Of a stretch of DNA of 64,000 bases, positions 1 through 12,900 are shown one piece after another (position 1 is the stretch's first letter; each line of letters begins with the position of its first letter). A program made the translations under genes and the position numbers. The DNA comes from Harriotta raleighana (taxonomy: Eukaryota). The stretch spans positions 14,809,560 to 14,873,559 of the forward strand of contig JBNZDD010013730.1 in the NCBI GenBank assembly GCA_050575255.1, read 5' to 3'. The notes beneath the pieces were generated by a model. The model ran no database searches, was not told the origin of the DNA, and was given only the letters and a program-made list of their open reading frames with translations.

Positions 1-21
1 TGTTTAGTACTGTAACAAAGG

Positions 22-215
22 CAGAAATCGCTGGGAACACTCAGCAGGTTGGGCAGCATCTTTGGAGAAAGGAAAGTGAGTCAACGTTTCAGGTCCATGA
101 CCCTTCACTTTCTCCATGGCTTTCTCCATGGATGCTGCCTGACCTGCTGAGTGATCCCCGCGATTTCTGTTTTTGCTACAGATTTCCAGCACTTGCAATA
201 TTTTGTGTTTCTGTT
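22..215. mobile_element. Penelope-like palindromic terminal repeat (hammerhead-bearing family)
   Basis: cactcagcagg..ggcagcatc..ggagaaagg..tcaacgtttc arm followed by the inverted ctccatggatgctgcctgacctgctgagtg arm; related copies at ~6150-6380, 7923-8066, 22517-22610, 28120-28305 and 52595-52705. Confidence 0.7.
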
Positions 216-399
216 TAGTACTGTGATTGCTTTTGTTTTGTACTTTCTGTACATCGTCATCTTGGGCAGGATAGGGGCGAGTGGCGGCTTTTTAAAAAAA
301 ATAAACAAGACATTGCAAAGGTTTGGTTTCAGTGTCATTGATTCTAAGTACCCTGACCACAAAGTTCTAGTGAATGAATTTTTTTTTAAAAAAGCATCA

Positions 400-405
400 T
401 TTATT
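400..405 (-). terminator. Candidate SAP30BP poly(A) signal (a second one at 622-627)
   Basis: TTTATT on + = AATAAA on -, about 600 nt downstream of the SAP30BP stop. Confidence 0.45.
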
Positions 406-828
406 TCTGCTTCCAAGCCTTAGTGGTTAAATTATTGGTTCAGTATTAAACTGCTTCTGGGCTGTGTATGTGTGACAACACACTGACAGGAGACAAATCA
501 CAATTAGATTGATGAGAACAGACAAACAGAAATCCCCGTTCACACAAACATGGATCCAGTTTTTACAGCTCAGTAACCCCCCACCCGACAATGAGCCCCT
601 CCCTGTCGAAACCACCTCAGATTTATTGTGTTTCCTCTTCAAAAATGTCAGCTCAGAGCAGGACCTGGTGATGTGCTGGAAACCCCCTCAAAAACCACCA
701 CAATTCTTTTCCTTTCACAAGTAACATTTCCATCGGTTCAGTATATTTCTTGATCCAGGCAATATACAGTGTTCAGAAGCAGCCTCAGTCCCTTTGCCTT
801 TCCTGTGCATAGATCTGCGAGGATCGGG

Positions 829-831
<3 letters not shown>

Positions 832-903
<72 letters not shown>

Positions 904-919
904 TGTGGTGTGTGTGTGT
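832..919. repeat. (TG)n/(CA)n microsatellite in SAP30BP 3'UTR
   Basis: About 34 perfect TG units plus a degenerate extension; it explains the poly-HT ORFs in the track. Confidence 0.97.
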
Positions 920-999
920 TTATGTATGCGTGAAGTTGGAAATGGCTGAAGATGAAAAGTGCTCCTGAAGTTTGAAGAGTTCTGTCCATTCCTCACCGC

Positions 1000-3900
1000 T
1001 CACTGCTTGGCTTTCTTCACTATGGTACCGACGGCAGAGATGACTGTTGTTTTGGCCCCCGTTGCGCTGGTAGTTACCGTGACTACCCCCGGCAGTGTGG
1101 CTGTGGTGGTGATGATTGTTGGTTGTGCGATTGTGGTGACGGGCACCGCTGAGTCCCATTTGCTCTTCCTTTTTTGATTATCTGCAGAACAGAAAGAGAG
1201 AGAGTGAGGGGGAGATCAAGGAGGACTCCTGTTACTGGATCTCACATAGACGACATCTTCTTTCCAGAGAGAAAAACAAGGGCAGCCCCTCTCCCTCAAT
1301 TCTGTACAGCCCCTTCCCCGAGATAGGACTAAAGCCCCAGCCAGCTACCCCCGCAAACAAATGCAAAACAACCCCACTTCTACACTCCCCACCCTAACAG
1401 TGGGTGACGCCTTCAATCAGGGTGAAACCTTGAGCAAGCTTCCTTACTCCACACTCCTAATAATAATCAAAAAAAAGCAATAAGAAATCGGTCATTTCAA
1501 TCCATGACTGATTGTGGGAACGCTGCTGTGCGCAATTGGCTGCTGTATTTCACCCACAAAATATACAGTCAATTCACTTTACAGTCTATTCTGTGAAGCG
1601 CTTTGAAACGTCTAGAAGACTTGAAAAGTGCTACATCAAATGCAAGGATTTTTAGTATTATTAATCTTGAAGACAATTCCTTCCTTAAAGACACACTAAA
1701 CCCCCACCTGCCTGGGGTAGTGGGCACCCCCTAATCTCTGGGCGGGCGGGCAGGTTTTGTGGGTGTTACCTGTGGCTGTGCTGCTCGCTGTGTTAGTGGT
1801 CCCGGTGGCAGCATTGGTGCTGGTGCCAGTTTTTGTTCTCGTCACAAATTCAATCTAGAAAATACAACATAATAAATAATAGAAACGCAAAAGAATTCAT
1901 CACAAACCACCTCCTGCTCACACACTTTTCAGACACATAGATGTCTGAAATGTCCTCACACACATTTTTGACGCATACACATCTTCACTTACTATCCTCT
2001 TCACTTATTTTTATACAAACACATATGTCACACACCTTTCTTTCATGGGAGGATGAAGCAGGCAATCTCAAAGTGCTATCGCAGGTACAGAGTGGAACAT
2101 TAATCAATATTTATTTTAAACATTTACAATTGGTGTTAAACCTGACCAGGGTGTGTCGAGCAGGTTTTATTGTTGCGCTGAATGATTTTACCCACCTTCG
2201 TTCTCTCCTTCTTGGCCTTCTCAATCTTGTCCATTTCTACCTTTTGTGCCTTGGCTGCAAACCGATAAGATATCAACAATTTACAAGAGAGAAAGAGGAC
2301 TGAAAACTGAATATCAAGAGACAGACAGACAAACAGACAGACAGGCAGGCAGGCAGGCAGAGAGAGACCCTGTTCAGCGTGGAGGGCACAAAATAAATCC
2401 AAGTTGTTGTTGACAGACAGACAGAAACTGATAGAAAGCCTCACTCCATGGCTATTTGTGGGGCTTTGCTGCGTGCAAATTGTCTGCCACGTCCACCCAA
2501 CAAAATGAATAGGCAATCCACTTTACAGTGTATCATTACTTATAATTATCATATATTTATTATTATATGAGGCACGTTGAGACGTTGTGATAAGGCGCTA
2601 TATCAAATGCAAGGATTTTTGTTCTTGAAACCAAACTGGGATGTGCAGGTCAGTATGCTCTGCTGCTGTATGAACTGTTCAAAGAAGTTTACCTAATGCT
2701 TCATAGTAGGAATCCTCTGACCAGCCATGGGGGTCGAACATATCCTGCAGAGAAATCCAAAGACATAAGATATCTGAACAATAAAATTACACTCGTAACT
2801 TGCGTCTTTCACATCGGGAGGTCGTCCCAAGGCGCCGGACAGTCAATATTTCAGACCTGAGCTTGGGTCGGCATCGGGGAGGGTGGAAAGAAAGGAGGGT
2901 ATTTGGGGTGGCAAATGTCGAAGAGGAGGATCTTGAGGCAGAACTTGAAAGAGGTCTGGTAGGGGGTGAGGCAGAAGGACTTCAGGATAGAATTCCAGAG
3001 GTTAGGGGAGATGGGGTGAGTGGTTTGGGGGACATGGAGCAGGATGGAGCCCGCTGATCGAGGGAGCGGGCAGGTTGGTAGGGGGTTAGGAGGTTGCAAA
3101 TGTAGGGTGGGGCAAGGCTGTGGAAAGCTTTGAATGTGAGGCCCAGGAACTTTAATTGAATCCTCTGGGTGATGGGGAGCCAATGGAGTTGGGTGAGAAC
3201 GAGGGAGATGGGTCATGGAGCTTGGACATGGGCCGCAGAGTTCTGGATTATCTACAGCCTATGGAGGGAGGAATTGGAAAGATCGACAAGCAGGGCATTG
3301 GTGTAGTCAAGCCTCAATGTGATGAAGGCATGAATGAGAGTTTCAGCAGCCTGAGGGGTGAGGTAGAGCCAGAGTCGAGCAATATTGCGGAGGTGAGGGA
3401 AGGCAGAACAGGGCATGGCTTGGATGTGGGGGACAAGAGACAGTTGAGGATCGAACAAGACACCTAGGTTCCTGACTGGCTTGGTGAGGTGGAGTATGAT
3501 GAAGGTTGATGCTGCCAGTGCCTGATGTGTGAGGGCGCTGGCGCGAGCCAATCAGGAGGGCCGCGGTCTTGTTAACATTCAACTGTAGAAAGTTAGCTCT
3601 CATCCAGGACTTAATGTCTGACAGGCAGTTTGTCAGGACAGCAGCAGTCCTAGAATCAAGGGTAGAGGCAGAGAGATAAGTGTTATAGATATAGAGGTGA
3701 ACTGTGCAACAAACGTGTTGCATCCCCTTAGAGCTGCCGAAAGTAGGACAGGATTTATCATAAATGTTGCTACAGGAATAGTTGGATACATTTCCTTAAC
3801 CAACCGTGAAGGATATGATATTTTCTATATAAAGCAGTTTTACTGGAGGGCAGTCTTTAATATTTTACCCACTCTGAGATTTTTGAGTGAATCCTGCATA

Positions 3901-6900
3901 ATCAGATCTATGCTAAAGCCTCCACTTTGTTGGCTACAAGGTGAGCCAGAGTTGCAGCACCTCATTAGTGCATTCCACTGAAAAGGAGGAGATTGAAGTG
4001 CACACTTACCTTGGGGTAATTGGTACCAAGTTCATCAATGCCACAAAACTGGATCAGCTTTTCATATATGCTGAAAGAAAGAATATTGAGCTGTTAAACC
4101 TTACACCTTGGCATGCGTTAGCTTATACAAATCACACCACACTATCAACAACAGACCCATCCACCTCCCAACAACCAAACAGTTAGTCTTAAAGACTCCT
4201 ACAGAAAGTACANCCACCACCCAACACACCCATCCACCTCCCAACAACCAAACAGTTAGTCTTAAAGACTCCTACAGAAAGTACAGACCTGGGATTACGG
4301 AATTCCTTTTTGCGCTGAATGATATTATTCATGTCAAGTCCTTCGTGCAGTTTTCGGTCATACAGCTTCTGAATTTTCTCCTACAGAGACAGAGGACAGA
4401 CTTGGATGCGCATGCAAAGGGAACTAATAATATCGGTGGATGACAAAACACAAGGCAGGGAATCCTAAAATCTGTGTCATTCTGCAGGTATGTGTGCCTC
4501 ACAGTTGGTATGCATTTTCTATCCTTTTCAGGGATCACACGTGCATTTTCTGATGGGGCCACTGGATCGGAGACAGAAATCCTGACTGATAACTCTCTCC
4601 TTAGCTCAGACACGAAAGCCAATTGCAGGACTTCTGCTCTAACTCAGACCGGGATCAGTTAGCTGGTCAAAGATCTGGAATCAAATCTGGACTTTTCTTG
4701 GTCTGTGCGATCCTGTCAGAGCCACATACTAGTGAGGAACAGTTTTTTCTTTTTTAAAAAGAAATTGAATATGGGAAGAAAAACAAAGTAGAAATTGCTC
4801 AACACTAAAGAAGGTTTAATCACAGGAAATCCTGGAGTATGCCTTTAATTTTTGCAATAGAGGCTACACCCCAGAGCCTTGTCAACCTCTAAGTTAGCTG
4901 AGTTGGCAAAGAACCAATTTTGAAGGTGGGTCTGTATTTGGTAATCCCACATAATCAACATATACATTCCCTGCAGTTCTGCAGGTGAATCTCTCACCTC
5001 ACCACAGAGGATAAGAGCTGAGATAGGTTGGGGGGTTAATGAGAGAGGTTGGGGGCTGGAAAGTGGGGAAGTGGTTGAGAGAAGTAATCACTCTGTATTT
5101 CCTTCTGCTTTGGGATACATGAAGGTTGGGTGTGTGTTGTGAGCAGGGATGTGTCTGTACAGTCTATAGCAGTATGAGCAAGTCACACCTGGCTAAAAAA
5201 TTCCTCACCAGTGCCCAATCCATTACTCACAATAAATAATGCAGCCTCAGGCACTGGATGTGTTATTGCAGGAGAAGCAGACAACTAGACTTGTTAGAGC
5301 AGCATCAATCACTCCATAATAAGCAGAGTTCTACTTGGTAGAGTGGGGACTATTCACACCTACATTGTAAACACCCAGCATATAAAATCAATGTAAGAAT
5401 TTTTCTAATGATCAAGTTTTTCATTTCTGTGAAGTTGGTTTTAACATAAGTGTTTTAATTTAGTTTTAGGCACTTTGCCCTTTGTCTCAAGATCCAAATT
5501 CATATGTTGCTTTTGCTACTGAACTGCACAGAGTTAACTCTAGTTTATGCTGAGTTATCTGAACTCGACTGTCCAATGATGTCAGTTCTCTGGAAGTACT
5601 TCTACGGGTGATGGAAAAATCAGTCATGATTCCCATTCCCAACCGTTCTCCAGTGATTGCTGCATACAGCTAACTTACATCTAACTTAAACAATTTACAT
5701 TTACACAGAGTAACATCTTGGTGCACTTTAAAGAGACGGTAGATACTGAGTAGGGTGCGGGAATGCAGTTCTGAAGAGTCAGATTTAAGGGAAGCTTTTG
5801 TATACAGATGGAGATTGGCATGACATGGACAGTTGATTCAGGGAGTTCTAGAGGGTGGGGCTCAGTGGCTGAATGTGTGGCCATCCATGATGGGGCAGAG
5901 GAGGCAAGGAAGATGCAGGAGGTCCATGTGTACTGAGCGGAGAGGAGAGCAAGAAAATATGGCTGGAGAAGATAACAGGGTCAGAGAGGAGCAAAGCCTT
6001 AATTTGTAATGGAGGATGAGAATCATGCAGTCGATCCGCTGGAGAAAAGGGAGCCAGTGAATGCAAAGGGCATGTGAGGCTAAAACCGAGGCTGAGGTTT
6101 AGTTGAGCTGTAGCTTGTGGATTTACAGAAGCCTGAAAGAAGGTCACCTGAACAAAAACAGAAGTCGCTGGGAAAATTCAGCAGGTCAGGTAGCCTCTGT
6201 GGAGAAAGGAACAGGAGGTCAACGTTTTGGGTCATCTCAGTTCTGATGAAGGGTCATGGACCTGAAACATTGACTCACTTTTCCTTTCTCCATAAATGCT
6301 GCCTGACATGCTGAGTGTTCCCAGCGACTTCTGTTTTAGTTTCCGATTTCCAGCATCTGCAGTATTTTGCGTTTTGGTATTTGAACAGTCAAGTTGGGAG
6401 GTAATGCAGGCTTATTAGGAAGAGGCAATGGTTAGATTAATGCCCAGACTGCCTTCAAATATCTGATAATGCAAACAAACAGTAAAAGGAGAGAAAGCGT
6501 TGGAGAAGTATGTATTATCAGATATTTGAAGGTAGTCTGGCCCATGGACTGGGCAAAGTGACTTGTACCTGCAAATGGTTGGAGCATCTACCCGGAGGCT
6601 CTGGAGGGATTTTAATGTCGTCTGGAGACATGTTTCTTACTTTCTCCGAAAAAGAAGCTACATAAGAGAAGATGTACATCAGCACAATGGGGGCACACAG
6701 CGGAGAAACAAACCCAGCATCCTGTGTATTGACCCATCCTAGAGCAACCCTGGGACTTACGCTCGTTCGATCACTGTCCCCCCCCAATGTGAAATGCTCT
6801 ATATAAATGTAATTAAAAAAATTATTATAATAATAATCCATGCATTTGTTGTAGAGCTAGACATCCCAAACACATCACAGAATACACTGTCAGGTGAACT

Positions 6901-9900
6901 GACTGTATATTTTGTGGATGAAATGCGGTAGTCAGTTGTGCACAGCAGTGTCCCACAAACAGTCGTGGATTGAGATGACCAATTTGTTATTATTGTTTTT
7001 TTGAGGGATTACTGAATCTTCATTTCGCCCGCAAAAATACAGAACTGCACTTTGCAGAATATTCTCGGAATTGCTTTGAGATGTCTAGAAGAGGTGATCA
7101 CAATATCAAATACAGATTATTATTTTTTGCTTCTCCTGCTCCAAGTATAAAAACCCAACACACACCCAGATCTGATCTTTTTAAATGAATCCCACATTCC
7201 TTAGATGGTCCCACTCTCGTGTCCCCCACCCGCTGAGTGAGTCACTACAGACATCCGCCTGGAACAAGGACCATCTTTGGTCATGGAAGTAATTACTGGA
7301 GCCACACTGGGCAATTATGGGATTTGAATGAAAATAGTGAATGAATTGCTGACACCCTTGGGAGAAATCGCTGGGCAATTAAACAATTTTTCGAAAGACT
7401 ACCCATAATTTACTGATATGCGTAAACCATTGGCATTTTTGTATCAGTCTAGGATCAGAAGAAGCACTTTTAATTCTCCTCTTGTACTTCTACCCAGCAT
7501 TTCCTGGGGAATAAGTAATTAATGTGAATCATTTCCAATGTGTAATCAATCCAATGATGTTGTTTGGCTTGCCTAAGGATTGTGGTAAATTTTGAGCCCT
7601 TCCTATTTTTGTGGAATACATATGGAAGAAATGCGAATGAAGAGGGGATAGAAGGGAGAATTTTCAATGAATTCCACTGGCGAACAAAACAACAACAAAA
7701 TTACATTTGTATATGGCCTTTCACGTCAGGAGGACGTCCCAAGGCGCTGGACAGTCACTGCTCCAGACCCAACCTGAAGACAGGGTTGGGGGGCGAGGAG
7801 TTGCCGATGGGTCCATTAAAGAATAGTCTTGAGGCGAGACCTGAAGGAGGCCAGGGAGGGGGCGAGGTGGAGAGATCTCGGGGTAGAGTTCCAGAGGTTG
7901 GGGGCAGAGTGACCGAAGGCTNTCAGTTCTGATGAAGGGTCATGGACCTGAAACATTGACTCACTTTTCCTTTCTCCATAAATGCTGCCTGACATGCTGA
8001 GTGTTCCCAGCGACTTCTGTTTTAGTTTCCGATTTCCAGCATCTGCAGTATTTTGCGTTTTGGTATTTGAACAGTCAAGTTGGGAGGTAATGCAGGCTTA
8101 TTAGGAAGAGGCAATGGTTAGATTAATGCCCAGACTGCCTTCAAATATCTGATAATGCAAACAAACAGTAAAAGGAGAGAAAGCGTTGGAGAAGTATGTA
8201 TTATCAGATATTTGAAGGTAGTCTGGCCCATGGACTGGGCAAAGTGACTTGTACCTGCAAATGGTTGGAGCATCTCCCCGGAGGCTCTGGAGGGATTTTA
8301 ATGTCGTCTGGAGACATGTTTCTTACTTTCTCCGAAAAAGAAGCTACATAAGAGAAGATGTACATCAGCACAATGGGGGCACACAGCGGAGAAACAAACC
8401 CAGCATCCTGTGTATTGACCCATCCTAGAGCAACCCTGGGACTTACGCTCGTTCGATCACTGTCCCCCCCCAATGTGAAATGCTCTATATAAATGTAATT
8501 AAAAAAATTATTATAATAATAATCCATGCATTTGTTGTAGAGCTAGACATCCCAAACACATCACAGAATACACTGTCAGGTGAACTGACTGTATATTTTG
8601 TGGATGAAATGCGGTAGTCAGTTGTGCACAGCAGTGTCCCACAAACAGTCGTGGATTGAGATGACCAATTTGTTATTATTGTTTTTTTGAGGGATTACTG
8701 AATCTTCATTTCGCCCGCAAAAATACAGAACTGCACTTTGCAGAATATTCTCGGAATTGCTTTGAGATGTCTAGAAGAGGTGATCACAATATCAAATACA
8801 GATTATTATTTTTTGCTTCTCCTGCTCCAAGTATAAAAACCCAACACACACCCAGATCTGATCTTTTTAAATGAATCCCACATTCCTTAGATGGTCCCAC
8901 TCTCGTGTCCCCCACCCGCCGAGTGAGTCACTACAGACATCCGCCTGGAACAAGGACCATCTTTGGTCATGGAAGTAATTACTGGAGCCACACTGGGCAA
9001 TTATGGGATTTGAATGAAAATAGTGAATGAATTGCTGACACCCTTGGGAGAAATCGCTGGGCAATTAAACAATTTTTCGAAAGACTACCCATAATTTACT
9101 GATATGCGTAAACCATTGGCATTTTTGTATCAGTCTAGGATCAGAAGAAGCACTTTTAATTCTCCTCTTGTACTTCTACCCAGCATTTCCTGGGGAATAA
9201 GTAATTAATGTGAATCATTTCCAATGTGTAATCAATCCAATGATGTTGTTTGGCTTGCCTAAGGATTGTGGTAAATTTTGAGCCCTTCCTATTTTTGTGG
9301 AATACATATGGAAGAAATGCGAATGAAGAGGGGATAGAAGGGAGAATTTTCAATGAATTCCACTGGCGAACAAAACAACAACAAAATTACATTTGTATAT
9401 GGCCTTTCACGTCAGGAGGGCGTCCCAAGGCGCTGGACAGTCACTGCTCCAGACCCAACCTGAAGACAGGGTTGGGGGGCGAGGAGTTGCCGATGGGTCC
9501 ATTAAAGAATAGTCTTGAGGCGAGACCTGAAGGAGGCCAGGGAGGGGGCGAGGTGGAGAGATCTCGGGGTAGAGTTCCAGAGGTTGGGGGCAGAGTGACC
9601 GAAGGCTTGCCCGCCAATGGTTGGGCGGGTGGGTCAGGGGACATGGAGCAGGCCAGAGCCTGCTGAACGGAGAGGGTGGGCAATGGGATAGGAGGTCACA
9701 GATGTAGGGTGGGGCGTGCTTGTGGAGGAATTTAAATGTGAGGACCAGGATCTTAAAACGATTAATAAGTTAGTAATCAGCCATCTACAAAAGTAATATC
9801 TTGAGAAATAAATAGACATTATCAACAATTTACAATCTAGCAAAAATAAAGCGTTCTTCATATTGACTAACATCTCAGAATACTATTGTGTGCAAAGGGC

Positions 9901-12900
9901 ACTATATTAATGCAAGTGGCTGTAAATTAGCTGAGCGTTAGCACTGATCTACACCAGTCATTTTTGCAAGGTAACTTTACATCTTGAAACTCAATAGGTA
10001 TAGCTTTGTACCTCAAATTATTTCAACAGACCACACATTAAGCTACAACTTTAAACACAATTCTTGAATCTGAAGGTCATGTCAATGTGCTGAATCAGAT
10101 CTGTAAATTACATGAACTTATCTGAGCATTCTGAAAAGGTTGTGTGTGGGTGTCTCTCAAATCCTTTATGACTGTGGTGAAATTGAGTCCCAGGGCTCTC
10201 CAATTCTACACATCTTTATGATCAGTGAAAGTAAGCTAAATCTCATAAACTACCCGTGTTTTACACGTCTGTATTGTTTATGACTTCCTGGTGATTAAGG
10301 TTTGATTCAAAGGTTTTGTTATTTCACTTCGTTTCAACGCATATTTCCGAGATAAAAGTTTTCTCTAGAGTAGGACATTGGATTGTTCAGTCTCACAGCC
10401 TGCACCAGATCTCGGATCTACAATGATTCCTCTATTTAGACTGTAGATTCCACAGAAGAGGTCTTGCATGAAATGCCATCAACGATGGCCCCCTTGCGTG
10501 CTAAATTTTTTGAGGTAAGCAGGTAACACAACACACAGGAAGCCAACTAGAGATTGCCTGTCGTCATCCCTCAGTGATTCACTCAACATAGTACAATGCT
10601 GATCAAAGTCACATTACCAGCCTTGATATTACTGTGGGCTGGATAGAGCACATAGCTCAGCCTGCCTTGTCTCAATGTAAATGGAATATTTCCAGCAGAA
10701 GGCCGAAATGTTGAGTTTCAGTGTGGTTTAGGCAACAAAGAAGCAGTGTCTGAGCTTCTGCACAATACACTTCATCTCGCCCCAGGGGCATGTTTTGAAC
10801 AGTGGGGCGTGACCTGGTAAAGATGAAGAAAAGGCAGATTAAATAGAGAATTCTGAGAGAGCCAGGCTGAAAACTCTATCCAAATATGCTGCAAAATCAA
10901 ACCTAAATCATCAACATATTTCGGGAAAGGGCAAAGAACAATGGAAGCTTCTGTGCGTTGGCCTGAAGTACTTGATCCTGCTGAATGCTCGGACCTTGCA
11001 GTCACACTCTACACTGTAAATAATAACTGAATCAGCAATCAGTGCGCACTTGGAACACTGAAATGCTCACACACCAGTCATGCGATTGATCTCTAATCAA
11101 CCGGAACACTTTCCTTTGCTCATCTTAGTGTGGGCCGGAGACAGGACTCCACTGGTTTGCTGTGTGTCAGGTATTCTGGTTAGTGCCACTCCCCGATGCA
11201 CTGCACATAAACTCAGGACACATCCAAACCCAGAAATACTCTCATCTCCCCTCCAACAACCCCCACTCCACCGTATAATAAGAACACCTCAGTGAGTGAG
11301 CGGAAGGCACAGTATTCACTAGACTGTGGGAATTAGCTGTACTAACTCTACACTGCGATTGGATCTCTGCCAGGAACAGTGACTGGCTGAATAGAGGAAA
11401 CCCTGAAAGGAACCAAATAAAAATCAGCAGCAGTTGCAGACAAAAGCCTGGCATTTATATTGCCATGACAACATGGATAAAGAGCTGTTCCCTGCTCGGA
11501 GGGAGCATCAATGCTTCGAGTTCTTACAGTTATATATATGCACACACATAGCAACAGATTCCAGCAGAGCTTGCAGCCTTCACCCACAGCAATAACACCA
11601 ATAAACAAGAGTGCAATCCGTTTAGGCGGCCAAGTCACAGATAGCAGAAATTTCTGGAAGCTCAAAAACTCACATCTCCAGCAGAATGGTTGGGGGCTGG
11701 CTGTACATCCACATATTTGGAACCCTGTGACGCCTCCACTCAGTTAGAGCAACTTTAGAAGTTTGGGAAAGGCAGCAAAGTTAGGCATCAATAGGAAGGT
11801 TGAAGACGAGATAAGAGACAGACGAGAAATCAGCGAGAAGCAGTCAGCACTGCTTTTCTGGCTCCAGATCACTGTTACAAAACTGTGTACCACAGGATGA
11901 ATGTGTTTGAGCACTCATTTATCCAAGCATGATCTCAAACATTCTGACCACATGTAGCTTTTATTCACTTACTTGTGCCCCCAAAGACTCGGGTGACCTT
12001 TAATCAAAAAAAATTGACCTTGGGTAAGGTAAGGGCCTTTCTCTGGCCTGTGTTCAGTTAGCCGCAGTAGATCCACTACAAATGGCTTTACAAGAGGAAG
12101 CCATTAGTCATGACTTTTGCCCTCCCTTGTTAACCAGTAATCTTCACTGGAAAGTTCCTGTTCACATCTATGTTAACTAGAAATCGGATCGAACTTAAAT
12201 GCAATGTCATTGTCTAGCCTGATATAAAGACCAATGGTACAATATTTCGACAAGAGCTCTAGCTTTTGGGAAAGGCTGCTCATAATCTGTTAGTACTTTG
12301 CCAATGACACTGACTTTTATTGGACTAAAGGGTTGCTGAAGTTATCATTAAGGACCACACTCCCAAAGCTCAGTGTCTGTAGGCCATGTTCACACCCCAC
12401 TTAGACAGGATGCTCAGATGTGTTGTGGAGGGACTAAAATGCAACCCTCTTGTAGCTGGCATGGATAAGCAGGTTTCTTGCGCTCTGCACTGCCATGTTC
12501 CGGGTTAGTTGGGATATTTGGTTCAAGCTTTTTAAACACGAATACCATTTTAAAAAGCATATGTCACACTGGCCATTAGGCTCCAGCTTCCAGTTTTTAC
12601 AGGAACATGTGCTTGACATTTCCATGTGGATGCCCGTCAAACACTGGGCTCTCTGTCTCACCCACTACATTCATACCAACAATACCAGACTGCCGAGCCC
12701 TTTTCTTTGTGGAATCCTTCTTGGCTACGTCTATCGGAGCAAGAATCTGTTTGTAAACAACATACCGCGTGCTAGTTGCTTCACACAGACTGTGAGCATT
12801 CTACTCGATTTAAAATGGGGTTCTCTCGAGTCAAATACAACGAGATTGCTAAGGTATAACTTATTCACAATGTAGCAACATCAGAAAATGAAGGAACTCA

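Noticed and set aside
715-1177. His/Thr-rich and hydrophobic ORFs suggesting a mucin or membrane protein
   Set aside because: Explained by the (CA)n microsatellite and by alternative frames or the antisense of the SAP30BP last exon.
4141-4285. ~70-bp tandem duplication next to SAP30BP exon 6
   Set aside because: Copies are separated by a single n (4213), the signature of an overlap-join assembly artefact.
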